Shown: one piece after another, positions 40,390 through 54,348 of the stretch | How positions within the stretch are numbered: position 1 is the stretch's first letter | Layout: each line of letters starts with the position of its first letter | Assembly: GCA_024137785.1 (NCBI GenBank) | Contig: JAHRHZ010000115.1 | Coordinates: 1,184,428-1,248,427 of the forward strand | Reading direction: 5' to 3' | DNA length: 64,000 nt | Source: Ginglymostoma cirratum | Lineage: Eukaryota | The notes under the pieces: model-generated | Told to the model about the DNA's origin: nothing | Databases searched by the model: none | Seen by the model: the letters and a program-made list of their open reading frames with translations, nothing else | Position numbers and translations under genes: made by a program

Positions 40390-41780
40390 CGCAGCGGGAG
40401 ATAGAAGAACAGGTATGCAGGCAGATTTTGGCAAGATGTAAAATAAACAGGGTTGTTGTCGTGGGTGGTTTTCACTTCCCATATATTGACTGGGACTCGC
40501 TTAGTTGTTGGAGCTCGGATCGGCAGAGTTTGTAAGGAGCCTCCAGGAAGGCTTCTCGAAACAGTATGTGGATAGTCCAACTAGGAAAGGGGCCATACTG
40601 GACTTAGTATTGGGGAATGAGCCTGGCCAGGTGGTCGACTTCTCAGTGGGTAAGCAGATCGGGAACAATGATCACAATTCAGTAAACTTTAAGGTGCTGA
40701 TGGATAAGGATAGGTGTAGTTGTCAGATGAAGGTGCTAAATTGGGGGAAGGCTAATTACAACAATATTAAGCAGTAACTGAAGAATATAGATTAGAGGCA
40801 GATGTTTGCGGTGAAATAAACATATGATATGTGGGAAGCTTTCATGTGTAAGTTGCTGAGAACTCACAACCGGCACGTTCCTGTAAGGGTGAAGGATAAG
40901 TATGGCAAGGTTAGTGAACCTTGGATAACGAGAGATATTGTGAGCCTAATCAAAAAGAAAAAGGAAGCATCCCTCAAGGCTAGGAGGCTGGGAACACACG
41001 AAGCAAGTTTGGAATACAAGGAAAGTCGAAAGAAACTTAAGCAAGGAGTCAGGAGGGCTAAAAGGAGTCATGAAAAATCTTTTGCCAACAGGATTAAGGA
41101 ACATTCCAAGGATTTTCACACATACATAAAGTGCAAGAGGGTAGCCAGGCAGAGGGTTGGCCCACTCCAGGACAGGAAAGGGGTTTTATGTGTGGAGCCA
41201 GAGGGACTGAGTGAGATGTTAAACGAGTACCTTGCATCAGTATTCACCATAGAGAAGGACGTGGTGGGTGATGAGTCTGGGGAAGGGTCTGAAGTTTAGG
41301 TCATATTGAGATCAAAAGTGAGGAGGTATTGGGGGCCTTGTAAAACGTGAAGGGAGACAAGTCCCCAGGGTCTGATGGGATATACCCCAGAATACTGAGA
41401 TAAGCAAGGGAGGAAATTTCTGTGGTCTTGAGGGAAACCTTTGTATCCTCACTGGCTACAGGGGAGATCGGAGAGGATTGGCCAATAGCCAATGTTGTTC
41501 CTTTGTTTATGAAGGGTGACAGAGATAATCCATATAATTACAAGCTGGTGAGCCTTATCTCAATGGTCGGGAAATTATTAGAGAGTATTCTTCGAGACAG
41601 GATTTACTCCCACCCGCAAATCAGTGGAGGTATTAGCGAGAGGCAACGTGGTTTTAAAAGGGGAGGTCGTGTCTCACTAACTTGGTAGAGATTTTGAAGA
41701 AGTGAAGAAGACAATCGATGAAGGTGAGGCAGTGGATTTTGTCTGCATGGACTTCAGTAAGGCCTTTGACAAAGTCCATC
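40390..41780 (+). mobile_element. CR1 LINE fragment (endonuclease C-terminus to RT N-terminus), 3'-truncated
   Basis: QYVDSPTRKGAILDLVLGNEPG...DHNSV, PWIT, LNEYLASVFT, EDWPIANVVPLF and DFSKAFDKV motifs with stops. Confidence 0.92.
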
Positions 41781-42208
41781 TTAATTCGCAAAAATTTTGT
41801 GGGTTTCAGATTCTACCATCCTTAAAAACAGTGAATTAGAGATTCCCAGATCTTTTTATTGATTTTTTTTTGTCCCTCACGTGCACCTCAATGTCCAGCC
41901 CCCGACCTTAAAACGACACTGCCCGTGATCGGTTCCTCCAGTGAAACCAAATCAAATCACATTAAATAAGGGCAAAGCTCTTTCCTGGTGACAACCCTCA
42001 AGCCACAACACCAAGAATTGTAGTCTGCAAGAGTCGAAGCTGCGGGGTTGTTCTAACAGTTTGAATGTTTCTGTGGCCACGACCTCAATGCTAAAATCCG
42101 AATTAACTAAAATAGACTTTAAGTCAAATTATTCTGTGGTGCAAAGTGTTTGGTTCATTTTCTTCCAACAAACGTACAACAATGAAACATATAGATATGA
42201 AACAGATT

Positions 42209-43110
42209 TCATTTGTGAATATTCTGACGACTGACCAGGATAGGTGACGGAATGAATCCTTTCCGATAGTCAGGGCAGGTGAACGGCCTCGCTCCAGCGT
42301 GAACTCGTTGTTGTATCAGCAGCGCAGACGTATTAGTGAATCCGTTCCTCCACTCAAGACAGGAGTATGGTGTATTCACAAAATGAATCGATCGTGTACC
42401 AAACGGCTGGGTGAAGCGGTAAATGTTTTCTCACACGCAGAACATGGGAACACCATCTCCCCATTGTGAATTTGCTTATGTAGAGTGAGGTAAAATGATC
42501 ACTTGACCCCAGTACCACAGTGAGAGCACAAAACGGTCTCTTGTCATTGTGAACACGTTGATGTAGCTTTGATTCACCGGAAGTTTTACAGTATTTCTTG
42601 CAATTTTGACATTTTAAAAGTCATTCCTCAGTGTGAACCCACTGTTATTTAACAGATGGATAAATGAGCAAATATCTTCCCACACTCGGGACAGGAGAAC
42701 GGCTTCTCCCCATATGGATACGCTGGTGTACAGTGAGATTAGTTAATCAATCGAATCCAGAGACAGAATGAGACCGCACAAATGGACTTCATCAGCGTGA
42801 ACTTGTTGATGAGCCATCAATTCCCTGGAACTTTTTTAAATAGAACTTCCTGCAGTTTAGATATTTTAAAAGTCTCTTGTCTGTGTGAACGCGCTGATGT
42901 GTCAGCAGGTGTGATGGCTGAATGAATTGCTTTTCACGCTGAGAGCAAATAGACAGCATCTCCTCAGTGTGGTTTTGTTGATGAATTTCCAACTTGGATG
43001 GGTATTTGAATCTTTTTCCATAATCCATAAATTTCCATGGTTTATCCATCACGCAGGTGAACTTGAATCTCTTCTGGCTGGACGATCTGTTGAAGCCTTC
43101 TCCATACGCA
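42209..43110 (-). pseudogene. Multi-finger C2H2 zinc-finger pseudogene
   Basis: Repeated degenerate fingers: KRFKYPSKLEIHQQNHT, HLLTHQRVHT, QRIHMGEKPFSCPECGK, QRVHAGARPFTCPD; frameshifts and lost Cys/His residues. Confidence 0.88.
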
Positions 43111-43724
43111 AAGTGTGTGCTTTTTATCTCACTTTAATCGGTGTACACCTATTGAGGACATTTTGATTCACGTCTCTGTTACCTCTTGCCTTCTTTCTAT
43201 ACTTTCGTTCCGCTTCTGATATTTTCTTATTCAGTTCTACCAGAAGACTCCAAATTCAGCCTGGTTATCATTGAATTATCAACCTCACCTTTGTCACAAG
43301 TGCACTATCATTTCCTATCCTAATTTCTTTCCATTTTTTTCGTCATCAAAGGAGCTTTGGACTTCCAATCACTATATGTCTCGTCAAGGGGATTATACCT
43401 TGATAGCATCAGAATTATGTCTGCTTAAAAGTAGTAGAATGTTCTCTCGTCGTTTTGATTCCAATTTATCTGGGTCAGATCCATTCATACCCTATTGACA
43501 TTGGCTTTCCATCAATTATTGTCCTTATTCTTAGCTGCAGCCTTTGCTTACAGACAGAATAGATACACACTTGCTTCCATGTTCAAAACGAAATGATGCT
43601 CAGATCTTGATGAATTAAGTCGCTCTTTCAGATCGTGACGTGACACCTGACCTCAGGTTCTCAGTTGTCAATTCTCTGCTTCTCATAAACTTCAGAAAAA
43701 AAACATTCAATGACAGTTCAACAT

Positions 43725-44250
43725 AGATCTCCCTTCACTAGCCTTCCAGCATCAGTTTGGAACGGCCAAATGTCTATTTTTGCCTCTCGTTTGTTTCTTA
43801 TGTATTGAAAGAAACTTTTACTACCATTTCTAATATTACTGGCTAGCCTACCTTCGTATTTGATTCTCTCCTTCCTTATTTCTCTCTTTGTTATCCTCTG
43901 TTTGTTCTTGTACCCTTCCAAATCTTCTGATTTCCCAGTGCTCTTGGCCACTATATCGGCTGTCTCTTTTCCGTTGATACATTTCCTGACTTCCTTTGTC
44001 AACCATGGCTGTCTAATCCTCCGCCGGATAATCTTTCTTTTCTTTGGGATGAACCTCTGTATTGTGTCCTCAATTACACCCAGAAACTCCTGCCATTTTT
44101 GCTCTACTGTCTTCCCCGCTAGGCTCTGCTTCCAGTAGATTTTCGTCAGTTCCTCTCTCATGCCCCTATAATTACCTTTATTTAACTGTAACACCATTAC
44201 ATCCGATTTTGCCTTCTCTCTTTCAAACCGCAGACTGAACTCTACCATAA
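43725..44250 (-). mobile_element. CR1 LINE internal fragment
   Basis: ORF MVEFSLRFERE...LNKGNYRGMREEL...QPWLTKEV...NGSKSFFQYIRNKR matches the CR1 ORF2 EN-RT linker. Confidence 0.9.
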
Positions 44251-44959
44251 TTTATAATTATAATTTGCTTATGAGGCTACTACTTCATTAGTGAATTACT
44301 CTTCCCATGAGATGCAAATAATACTTTGCAAACAAATAAAATTAAAAAATAAAAAGATCATAAATTGACAATTTGTCACTGTGCAGGTTTTGGAAATGCA
44401 TAACTAGATGATAAAAAGAGAGACCTGAAATTACCAGCATATTGAGACCAAGAATTAGCATCTTCATTTACAAGAGCGATTTAGCCTTGAACAAAATACT
44501 TGTTGCATTCTCTATGGTGCTTGAAAATTGACATCAATTCACAGATTTTCGGTGGGTATCGAGCCACAATTTTAGATTCACTTCCAGGAGGTTGTCCTTT
44601 TGTGTGATGTACAGCATAGATGTCATGCCCTGTCCCAAAATCACGAATTTCTTCATAATTATAATTAACCTAATCACTTTTCATCATATCATTTAAAATA
44701 TTGGGATGTAAAATACAATGGAAAAGAAATGTTGAATGCTGTATATTATTTAATGGGTAATGTTTCAGCTACTGTTTTCATGAATGCAAACTGAACATCG
44801 TGAAGTGAGCTGGGTCGGTTCAGTTACATGGAAAGTTTTGTAAAATGTGAAAGTGTGGGAGGGCTCACGAATGGTTATTAGGATTTCCAGAACAACGAAT
44901 AGGACACAGAGTGCAGAAAGTGTGTGGAATCTTACTTCCGGGACAGCAGAAAATGGGGA

Positions 44960-45545
44960 CATATATGAGACGGGTACAGTCAGTGCAGGGCTGAGTATGT
45001 TGTGTTGAAACACATGCAGCATACAAAATAACATGAGTGAGCTTGTAGCGTAGTTTGAAATTGCCGGGTACGATGCTATAGATTGGACAGAGGCTTGCTG
45101 CAAGAGGATAATGACTATGAAGTAAATACAAGTATACACTTCCTACTGAAAGGACAGGCAGGTGAGCAGAAGGGTGGGGGTACCTTGTTCGTAAGAAATG
45201 AACTTAAATCAAAAGAAAGAAGTAATGTAGGGTGGGAAGAAATAGAACATGCTGCAGTAAAGTTGAGAAACAGCAAAGGACAAAGGGATCTAATGGGATT
45301 TATAAACAGGCCTCTCCGGGGAGCATAAAATAAATCAGGAGATGGAAAAGACATGTAAGAAAGGCACTATTTCAATAATCATGGATGAACTGAATCTGCA
45401 GATGGACTGGGAAAATTAGTTTGACAGTGAAAGCTGAGGAAAGGAGTTCATGGAATATGTACAACATGACTTCATAGAGCAGCATGTGGTAGAGTGGACT
45501 AGGGAATGGGGAATTCTATATTTGGTGATGTACAGTGAGGCAGAC
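44960..45545 (+). mobile_element. Decayed CR1 endonuclease-region fragment
   Basis: Degenerate NACSIQNN, KGGG-LFV, IMDELN and ILYLVM motifs of the APE domain. Confidence 0.6.
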
Positions 45546-48544
45546 TGATACTGACTTGTGCTTCGCTATACCAGCAATGGAGTAATTCTTCCTAGACATA
45601 CACTGTAGATCTCTGTATGATTTCTCAACAAGGTGGCTTCATAATCGTCTATATCCTAGACAATGCTGGCCTTGTCTCATAAAACGATTTTGACCTGACA
45701 ACAATTCCATGTGAGAAATCAGTCTGACAATCTTCACTACACCCTCTTAATTCCTAGATAAACGTATTGGAGCTGTACAGGATATTCTACGTATGGTTTC
45801 AACATGGCTGTAGCATGTAGCATGTAAGCAATACTGCTCGTGAGTCGCTTCACAATAAATGGCAACAAGCCCTTTTTTGGAAACTTGTTGTTGCCTCTGC
45901 ATGTCTCGTGTCTCGTGAAGAACATTTGGGCATCTTTACAGGGAAACGTTTCCTGATCGCTCACATTTTAGAAATACTTAGCATTTCTGTTTTACTACGA
46001 ATTGGTAACTATCATATTCGACCGACTTGGTGTTGCCCACTCAAACAGCCCATTTAAATCTTTGTTAAATATCTCTGAATCCAAATAACAAACCACATTT
46101 CCATCAAATTTGTGCCATCAATAACTCGCAAATAATGATTTTGGACTCCACTACCAAATATCTTAGTTACGTTTCGAATAGCTGTGGTCAAGATACTCTC
46201 TAGTCATACCGGCAACCTGAAGAAGACCCGTTTATTCTCATTGTTTTTATTTTCAGTCAGCCAGCCAATTTTGAAAACATTCCAGTATCCATGTCTTTCC
46301 CTCAATTTCTAATTTTGTTTATTAGTCTGCTGAGTGAAATCCTTCATAAACATTCTGAAAATCTGCAAACACTGCATGCATTGGTTTCCCATGAACTATT
46401 TTGACGGTTACATCCTCATAATGCTTCAGTACGTTTGTCAAGCATGAATATGTTTCTTTCAGGAATTTATGCTGATTCTGTACAATGCAACCGTTCTTTT
46501 TTCTAACTGAACAGTTCCAAAAGATGAGAGATTTTTTTTGCTGCTCGCTGGATCTGTCTGTGCTAGCAGCATTGAATCCATTCTTCTCTTGACTTCCCCT
46601 TATATAACTGTTTATATTGATGTTCAACTCTACAGACAATTAATGTAAACCACGCATTTATCTGGGATTGATGGCATCCTCACTTGAAAAAATGTACACA
46701 GGGAATTGATGCAAGTCACCTGGAGAAGCCAACAGCCAAATCATAAATTAGCCTGTGGCATGCTTCACTGAGGTCGCAAACTGGAAATCAAACTTCGTTG
46801 ATCCTAGTGTCATCACAAAGTTCAAACACATGCCACATTCTGCAGAAATCTTCATTTAGCTGAATTTTTTACCAGACTAACTTAAAGGATAGCCAGGTGT
46901 CTGTATTTGGTAAGGATAATTATTAATTATAAATAAATTAATTCTAGATTCAGGTGAAGAACTATTGACATATAACTCCAGTATTTACAACTGTAAAGAA
47001 CTTATAAAACTCACTCCGCACACACAAACAGACAGGCACAGAAAAAAGTAAAATGGCATTATATGTGCAGCTTAAAAAAAGACTTGGGGAAAGCTGTTAA
47101 TTCCGCCATCGACAATATTCGCTGAGATGATCCTTTTGCGCGTCAGGACTTGTTTTACATCGATTTCGACCTTCCAGGCACTTTACTCTACTATGCCGGA
47201 AACAAAGAATAACTGGTCCACAATTTACAAAATCTTTCAGTTACGGGTAATAATACAACGTACGGTAATTGGCAAGAGAAAATAAACAGCGTTCTTCAGT
47301 CATTATGTTTTTGTGCGACAGAAAGAGAGAGATGGAGAAAAAAACACCTTCCCAATGTTTCTATCCATATTGTAACACCAACAAGCTGTTCAGCTACCCA
47401 GGAAATAATCACGTGGCTGTTCGTTTTCCGATGGCTTTTGTCAATGGCATCTTGTCACTATTTCATTATCACGTCAACAACTTGTTGTTGGACGAACCTC
47501 AATTTGTGTGCATTTCATGGTGCAGACCATCTGCAATCAGATTTTCCCATGTTTCAACAAAGCAAAAATATAAACATAACTTACAATAAGTGATGGCAAT
47601 CTGTTTTATCCAGTGCAAAAAACCCTTCAGCATCAATGTTTTTAAAACATTCCCTTTGTTCAATTTATTCCACATTCAGAAACACACAAAGCATAAAAAT
47701 GAGACACTAATAACAGGAGTTAATCATTTTTATCCAAACCGGACCTGACCTCTCCTTCATACGGTAGTACTTCTTTGGAGTTGTTATTCGCAGTTCCTGA
47801 TTAGCTTAATTTGAGATGTCCTTGTGAATTATCAAGTATTACAGCTAACTTTCTTTATAGGAACTTGATGAATTGCCGACGAAGGATTGTATTGGTCACA
47901 AAGCAGCCTGGAGAGGCATACTTGGTTTGGGACTGACGGGAATAATGTATATGAAATGCAACTTTTCTGTTACTCTCATCTACAAAGCATCCCGTAAGTC
48001 TACACTTATTTTTGTTTGACCAACATTGTAAAACCAAAGGGGTTTCAAATAACTTTGCAACGTTTGAAGTTACAACTTCGGTCCTTCAACTAGATTTGTC
48101 TCAGCAAGATGCTGCGTCTCACATCGATCATAAATTGTGTTGAAAACAGATTAAATTTCAAAATGTAACGAGGACAGCAACCTGGTATGATCTTTATTAG
48201 TACTGAAAGCCTCCTGATGCTTCCGCGAGACGATTGCCTGTAGAAATGGCAGTGACCATGGAGAAAAAGTGAAAACTGTTGGTAATCCTTTCGTTTCTGA
48301 AATAAAGACAATACCAAACGATCACTGTTCTTCAGCTGAGTATCACGACATTGTACTTTTGTGAATTCGCCCTATCTCCTCGAAACAATGGTATAAACCA
48401 ATTTTATTCTCTTATCAAGGCAGTGATCTGTTGTGCCAGAGTCTGCGTCGAGTGTGCCCATTAAATTTTCAGTCCAGAACTGACTTCCTGTGAACTGGAT
48501 CATATAAACGAAGAAGCTTCAATATTATCTTCGAAGTCTTTTTT

Positions 48545-48770
48545 TCTCCTTTATCCATTCACGGGATGAGGGCATTTCTGGCAAAGCAGCATTTATTTCC
48601 CATCCCTAATTGCCTAGAGGGCAGCTAAGATTCAACCACATTGCTGTGGGTCTGGAGTCATATATAGTCTAGACCAGGTAAGGGTGGCATTTTCCTTCCC
48701 TGAAGGACACTAATGAACTAGATGGGTTTTCCTGACAATTAACAATGGATTCATGGTCATCATTCTTTGA
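48545..48770. mobile_element. Common shark interspersed repeat (non-LTR terminus)
   Basis: attcacgggatgagggcat...gcagcatttatttcccatccctaattgcc...ttccttccctgaaggacactaatgaac; related decayed copies at ~2830-2950 and ~57580-57720. Confidence 0.6.
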
Positions 48771-49559
48771 AAGATCCAGGAATGTAGTCTCGCTGTCCAC
48801 TGACTTACCCTGAAGCACAGCAATATATTTGTCCTTTCACTATCGAATTTAATGCTTTATCTTGGGCATATTTTATGAGCGCAGAACATTCCATATCAAA
48901 TCAACCCGTGTATTGAAGAAGAAATACCTCCTTTTCGTCCCTCTCATTTTCTTCCTGATTGTCTTCTGTCAGTGACTTAGCACTGAGGATTTTTTTCTGC
49001 CACTTAAAGGTACCTCTTTGCTCCATGAAAACACATCATAATTTTATGCATTTCTATTGAACAACCTCTAAGTTCTCTTGCCAAAATAAGAATGATGTGA
49101 ACCTTCATCGCTCTCTCCTTTTGTCTAATAACGGACATCTTTCACTCTATTGTATCCCCCCCCCCACTGCCTACTTTTGCATTCTAACATCCCTTTTCAA
49201 AGAATTCTGCTCAGAACGAGATATGTTCATCAAAATCCTGTTGTAACAGGTTTTTGTTTGTTCTTTCTTAGTTGTCATTGCAAATACACTGTGGCTTTAA
49301 GAGGTTATCTTGCTCTTTTATTCAAAGAGTGGTTTAATGACACAGGCGAAAATCTGTCTGGAAATCCCTTTATGGGAACAGGTTGTGAGGTTATGAGCAA
49401 CTCTTTTTTAAATTGTAAAAGTAGAAGCAGCCTGAGTGGTTGTCGTCAAACACACACTGAAACAAGATCTTCCGTTCAGCATTCAACAGTTGTTGCTTGG
49501 TTACGAACAGGGTTAAAAGGCACTAAATGTCTCCCACCTGATATACTCCAACTTTGAGA

Positions 49560-52310
49560 TGTCTCCTGACTTTTTTTTTTCTCCCTGCACTGCTGGAGGG
49601 CATGCGAGACAATCAGTTTTCTCAATGTGCCTTTTGCCAAGGATGTGTTTATGGGATTTTACTGTTTTGGCAAAGTTAATTAGTAATAGTTACTGATCTA
49701 TTATTATGTTAACTGTTTCAGTAGAGTTAAGTTATTCCAAGTTGTTTCTTTCTTTTGTTGTATTTTAACAATAGTGTTTGAATAAGTTATGTTTCGCTTA
49801 GCATCGAGTAGTTTGACCAATCGATTTGCATCTTGAACACAGCGTCTGGTAATTAACTTTAAAATAGGAAAATGCTCGGGCCTAGGTTGCCCTCTTAATA
49901 TATTTTGCGGGGTTTTGGTCCGGTACATAACGAACTGGGGGCTTTTGCCGGGATCAAAATCCTTAATTCTCGGTTGGGTTTAGGAGTACTGGACTCAAAG
50001 GCAGCGAGTAGTAAGTGTTAGTGCCTTTTGTTTCAGGATGCGAATTCTGTTGTTATAAATAGGATGTGCGTAGTGACGCAATGCCTCTTTCAGTCTCTCA
50101 GAGTTTATTGGTGGTTAAAGAAGTCAATTATGTAGTTTTGCAGAAAGTGAGAAAGGCAAAGTGTTTTTGAAATGGCAGACAAATTGGAGTTGGGGTTGCC
50201 TTTGTCCATGAGAAAATTGGAGGTAATTGCAGAAACATCGGCACTTACAAGTGCCAGTAATATCAGTAGAATCTTTGGAAATGGCTCAAATTCAATTTCA
50301 AACGAACCAGCATGAATTAGCAGCAATGGCAAGGGAAATTCTAGCCGTGACAAAAAAGAAGACGAAAAGGAGACAATAGACCTAGCTGAACAAAATAAAG
50401 GAGGGAATAGCATTAGCTGATCAAGAAGAAAGAGAAAAGGAAATTAAATAGTTTGAATAACAATTTAAAACCGAGGAAAATCAGAAAGAGAGCGATTTTG
50501 AACTTCAGAGGCTGGAATGGTGAACTCAAAGTCGAGTTAAAGTGGAGAAGGCAGAGATGAAAAGTAGAAGTAGAGATGAGGGCAGTGATGGAGAACATGG
50601 CTATCATGGCCAAAGGCCCGTAACGAATCAGTTTAAATATGTCAAGGCGTTGCCTAAGTTCTACGACAAGGATGGCAAAGTCTTCTACATTTCTTTTGAC
50701 AAAGCGGATAAACAAATGAAGTGGCCTGTGACCATTGCTAATCCAAAGAAAGTTGGTAGCAGAGCTGATGAGGTCTTTTCATCGTTATCGGAGGGGATAT
50801 CTGGGGTGTATTATGTGGTGGATAATGCCATCTGACGTGCATATGAGCTAACACCAGAAGCCTACTGATAACGTTTGAGCAATCATAGGAGGGACCCTGC
50901 TCAAACGTACATTGAGGTTGAAGGGAACTTTGGTAGGTGGATAAGGGTATTGAAAATAAATCAAACATATGAAGTTCTTAGAGGAACTTTTATTTTGAAG
51001 GACTTCAAAAATTAGTTCCTTCAATAATGAGAACTCATGTGGAAGTACGGACAGTTAAGATTGCAAGATAATCAGCAGATGATCATGAGGTGGTTCATAA
51101 ATCAAAGTGTGGCCTCCAATACCGATTTCAGTCAGTGCGGGATAGAAATTGGGGAAAGGGAAATCGTCAGGTGGTAAGGGAAAAGGGGATCTCTTTGACG
51201 ATAGTAAAGATAGTTAACCACAGCGCAAAAAAGGGAACAATGGAGCGAAAGAGTAGTTAAAAATAGCTCACATATTTTCACTGCAATAAGTACAGCACAT
51301 GAAGTCGAAATGTTGTTGGTTTAGAAAAAGCATTGGGAAGGTGGATCGGGGAAGAAAAGGATAACATGTTGCTTTTTTTTGAAGTGGTAAAGGTAAGCGC
51401 AGCAGAAGTTAAACAGCTGCAAGCGTATCTACAGCTTGGTTATGGGCTAGTTGAAAAGTAAATGCCAGATATCTTTAAAGAACATACCTGTAAGGATAAG
51501 GTTTACTCATATATGCAAAGAGGAACAGGTAGAGAAATTAAAGTTTCAAGAGATATGGCAGCAAGTCAATCTTTCATGATGAGGGAAGAGGAGGTATGCA
51601 ATTTCGGAGTATTGACAGAAAAACAGTGATAATATATGGAATTCGTTGTGAGAAGAGCAATGTTCCGTATTTTTAAGGTGTGGTTGGAGAATCCAGTGAA
51701 ATGCTGTGATGTAGTGGTCAGATCAGGAAAACAGGATAACCCAGTGAGTTTTTTTTTTGCCATAGTAAAGGTAAGCACAGAAGAAGTTAAAAAACTGGAA
51801 AAGAATTGACAATCTGTTCAAGAGTCAGTTAAGAAGAAAATGCCAGATCTCTTTAAAAAAAAAACCTGCGAGGGTAAGGTTTACTCATATATTCCAGGAA
51901 GCGCAGATAAAGAAATTAAACTTTTAAGAGATGCGGCGGCATGTCGATCTTTTATGTTGACAGAAGAGATGATATGCCATTCAGAAGGAGTGTTGAAAGA
52001 AAAAACGAGTGAGAATATATGGAATTCATCGTGAGAAGATCCACGATTTTTTATTTACAAAGAGGTTGGAGAATCCAGCGAAAAGCTTTGAAGGGGTGGT
52101 GGAGGAAATTCTCAGTTCCAGCAAAACAATTTATTCTTGGTAATGATATAATTGAATCACAGGTGGGAGTGATGCCTGCTGTGTTTGAAAAACCAATAGG
52201 AAATGAGGGAGCTGAGATATTACAAGAAGCATATACAGGGATGTTTCCTGAGTGTGTGGTAACGGGGTCACAAAGCCACAGATTGAAATAGGAGGAGAAA
52301 TCAAATTGTA
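49560..52310 (+). mobile_element. Decayed Gmr1-like Gypsy LTR retrotransposon (5' LTR, tRNA-Pro PBS, gag, protease)
   Basis: LTR end ...cataac followed by PBS-like TGGGGGCTTTTGCCGGGAT (49936-49954). Gag LPKFYDKDGKVFYISFDKADKQMKWP...AYELTPEAY and protease-like EIKLLRDAAACRSFM. LTR start approximate. Confidence 0.8.
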
Positions 52311-54019
52311 AAAGTAAGCAAAAACCAAAAGAACTGCGGATGCTGTAAATCAAGAACAAAAGCAAAATTTCTGGAAAAGCTTAGCAAGTCTGGAAGCATC
52401 TGTGAATGAGAAAACAGAGTTAAAGTTTTGGGTCCTGTTATTCTTTTCCATGTGTTAGTTGACAGCACTATTGACGAATCACTTCCATCAGTGCAGGGGG
52501 TCATTGATTAGACTGGATTTGTCCTGCATTTTGCGTACATAGCAATGCTGATAAATTTTGCACGTTACTCTTTGTTATTTAGCTCTATTAGATGGCAAGT
52601 AGCATTCGTGTCACACAAGGGTAAGACAGCATAAATCTGCATCAACAGATAATCGAATTACCATCCTTCACAGTTCATCGCCATTCGCATTATTTAATCC
52701 ACAACTATCAAAGTCCTGGTGGTAACAATTGTCCTAATCTGAAATCGACTAGCAATATTAATACTTCGGTGACAAGATAAAGTTAACGAGGAGTGATTGT
52801 TAATCTACAAACAAGGCCAGAACTTGTCAACGAATAACTCACTATCCTCTAACATCAGTCTATCATGGCAAAACACGATTTAACACTATGATATAATATT
52901 TCCAACCTGTCTGGATAAATGTAGTTCGAATAAAAGTCAAGAAGTTCGACATCATCTTGTGCAGAGAATCTCGTTAAATGGGCAGGATTTTCAGAAGCAG
53001 TCATTGTTTCGAACACACATACACGAAGGAATTTGTTACTGATTTGAACCACAGTATTATTAACGGAAATATCATTTTTTACGTGGATTCTGGACCACTG
53101 CGACTGTCACAGCTAGCAAATGCCACAAATTCTCGCTACATTGCAAAAATTCCAGTACATGTTCATTGTCAGTTTTTATTATCTTCAGCATCATCTCAAT
53201 CCCGATCAACAGAAAGTAGAACAGCTTCAATAATTAAGATATTCGATTACAGTTTTATTTTTGGTTTGGACAGTGCTGAGCAGGCCTGGGATTGTGAACA
53301 GACAAGTTCGACACAAAACCGTGAAAGCAGGCAATCTACGAGGAAGTGGATGGGTTTATTTTCTTCACTTCATTGAAGACATCATTGATTTAATGAAGAA
53401 ATAACACAATCCCTCTTATGTCATGGAATCATTCTTTCTTCCTCTCCATCTATCTTTCTTGCGTGACCTTTCTCTATATCGCACCCTTGTTGCAAAGTAG
53501 ACCTCAACTGGAACTGGTGATGTGAATTTGTGATGTGCAGGATGAACCCAACATTAATATCTCGTGTACAGCGGTGGTATCCATATCTCTGTGGCAGGAA
53601 GCCTGGGTTCCAGGCACCCCTGCTTCACAGGCATGTAATAGCATCTTTGAACAGATAGATTATGAAACATATGAATTCAACACAACGGTACTTTGGGGAA
53701 AATGGGATATGATACAATGCGATTCAATGAGAAAACATGTTGCTGCAGGCATATATTCTTCCTGACATAAATTCCAATGACCATTCCATAACCAAATATT
53801 TTCCGATCTTTCCACCCTCAGAACGAAATATGAAAACTTCGATCTGCAAGCAATATATATAATGTTAATGTTTGTGGGAAAGGAGTTCAGTAATTTATAT
53901 GCACTTCTCGTCAGAGATGAGATTGAATGCTTGGGAGGTGAGGCATTTGAAGCACATTTAATTGTCAATTGGTCTTACAGGGTAGAGGCTGTGGAAGATC
54001 AGGAGTCTAGTATTTTTTT

Positions 54020-54348
54020 CATAGATTCATAAAATTTGATAGAATCCCTACAGTGTGGAAACAGGCCCTTTTGCCCAACAAGTCCAGGACAAGCTTCGAA
54101 GCATCCCACCCAGACACATCTGCCAATAATGCATCTAATGTACACATCTCTGAACACTATGGGCAATTGAGCTCGTCTGTCCACCTACCTTGCACACATT
54201 AAAACTGTGGGAGAAAACCGGAGCATCCAGAGGAAACGCATGCAGACATGAGGAAATGTGCAAACTTCAAACAGATAGTCGCCCGAGAGTGGGATCGAAC
54301 CATGTTCCCTGGTGTTGTTAGGTTTCATGCTAACCACTGAGCCGCCGT
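54020..54348 (-). mobile_element. HE1-type tRNA-derived SINE
   Basis: Reverse complement begins CGGCGGCTCAGTGGTTAGCA...GGTTCGATCCC (Pol III A/B boxes), has the core TTTGCACATTTCCTCATGTCTGCATGCGTTTCCTCTGGATGCTCCGG and a CR1-shared tail ...GGGATTCTATC. Confidence 0.85.

Noticed and set aside
49249-49293. Perfect heptamer CACAGTG and nonamer ACAAAAACC
   Set aside because: The spacer is 29 bp, and the heptamer falls in an FR3-like 'ATVY' codon run, so it is not a valid RSS.
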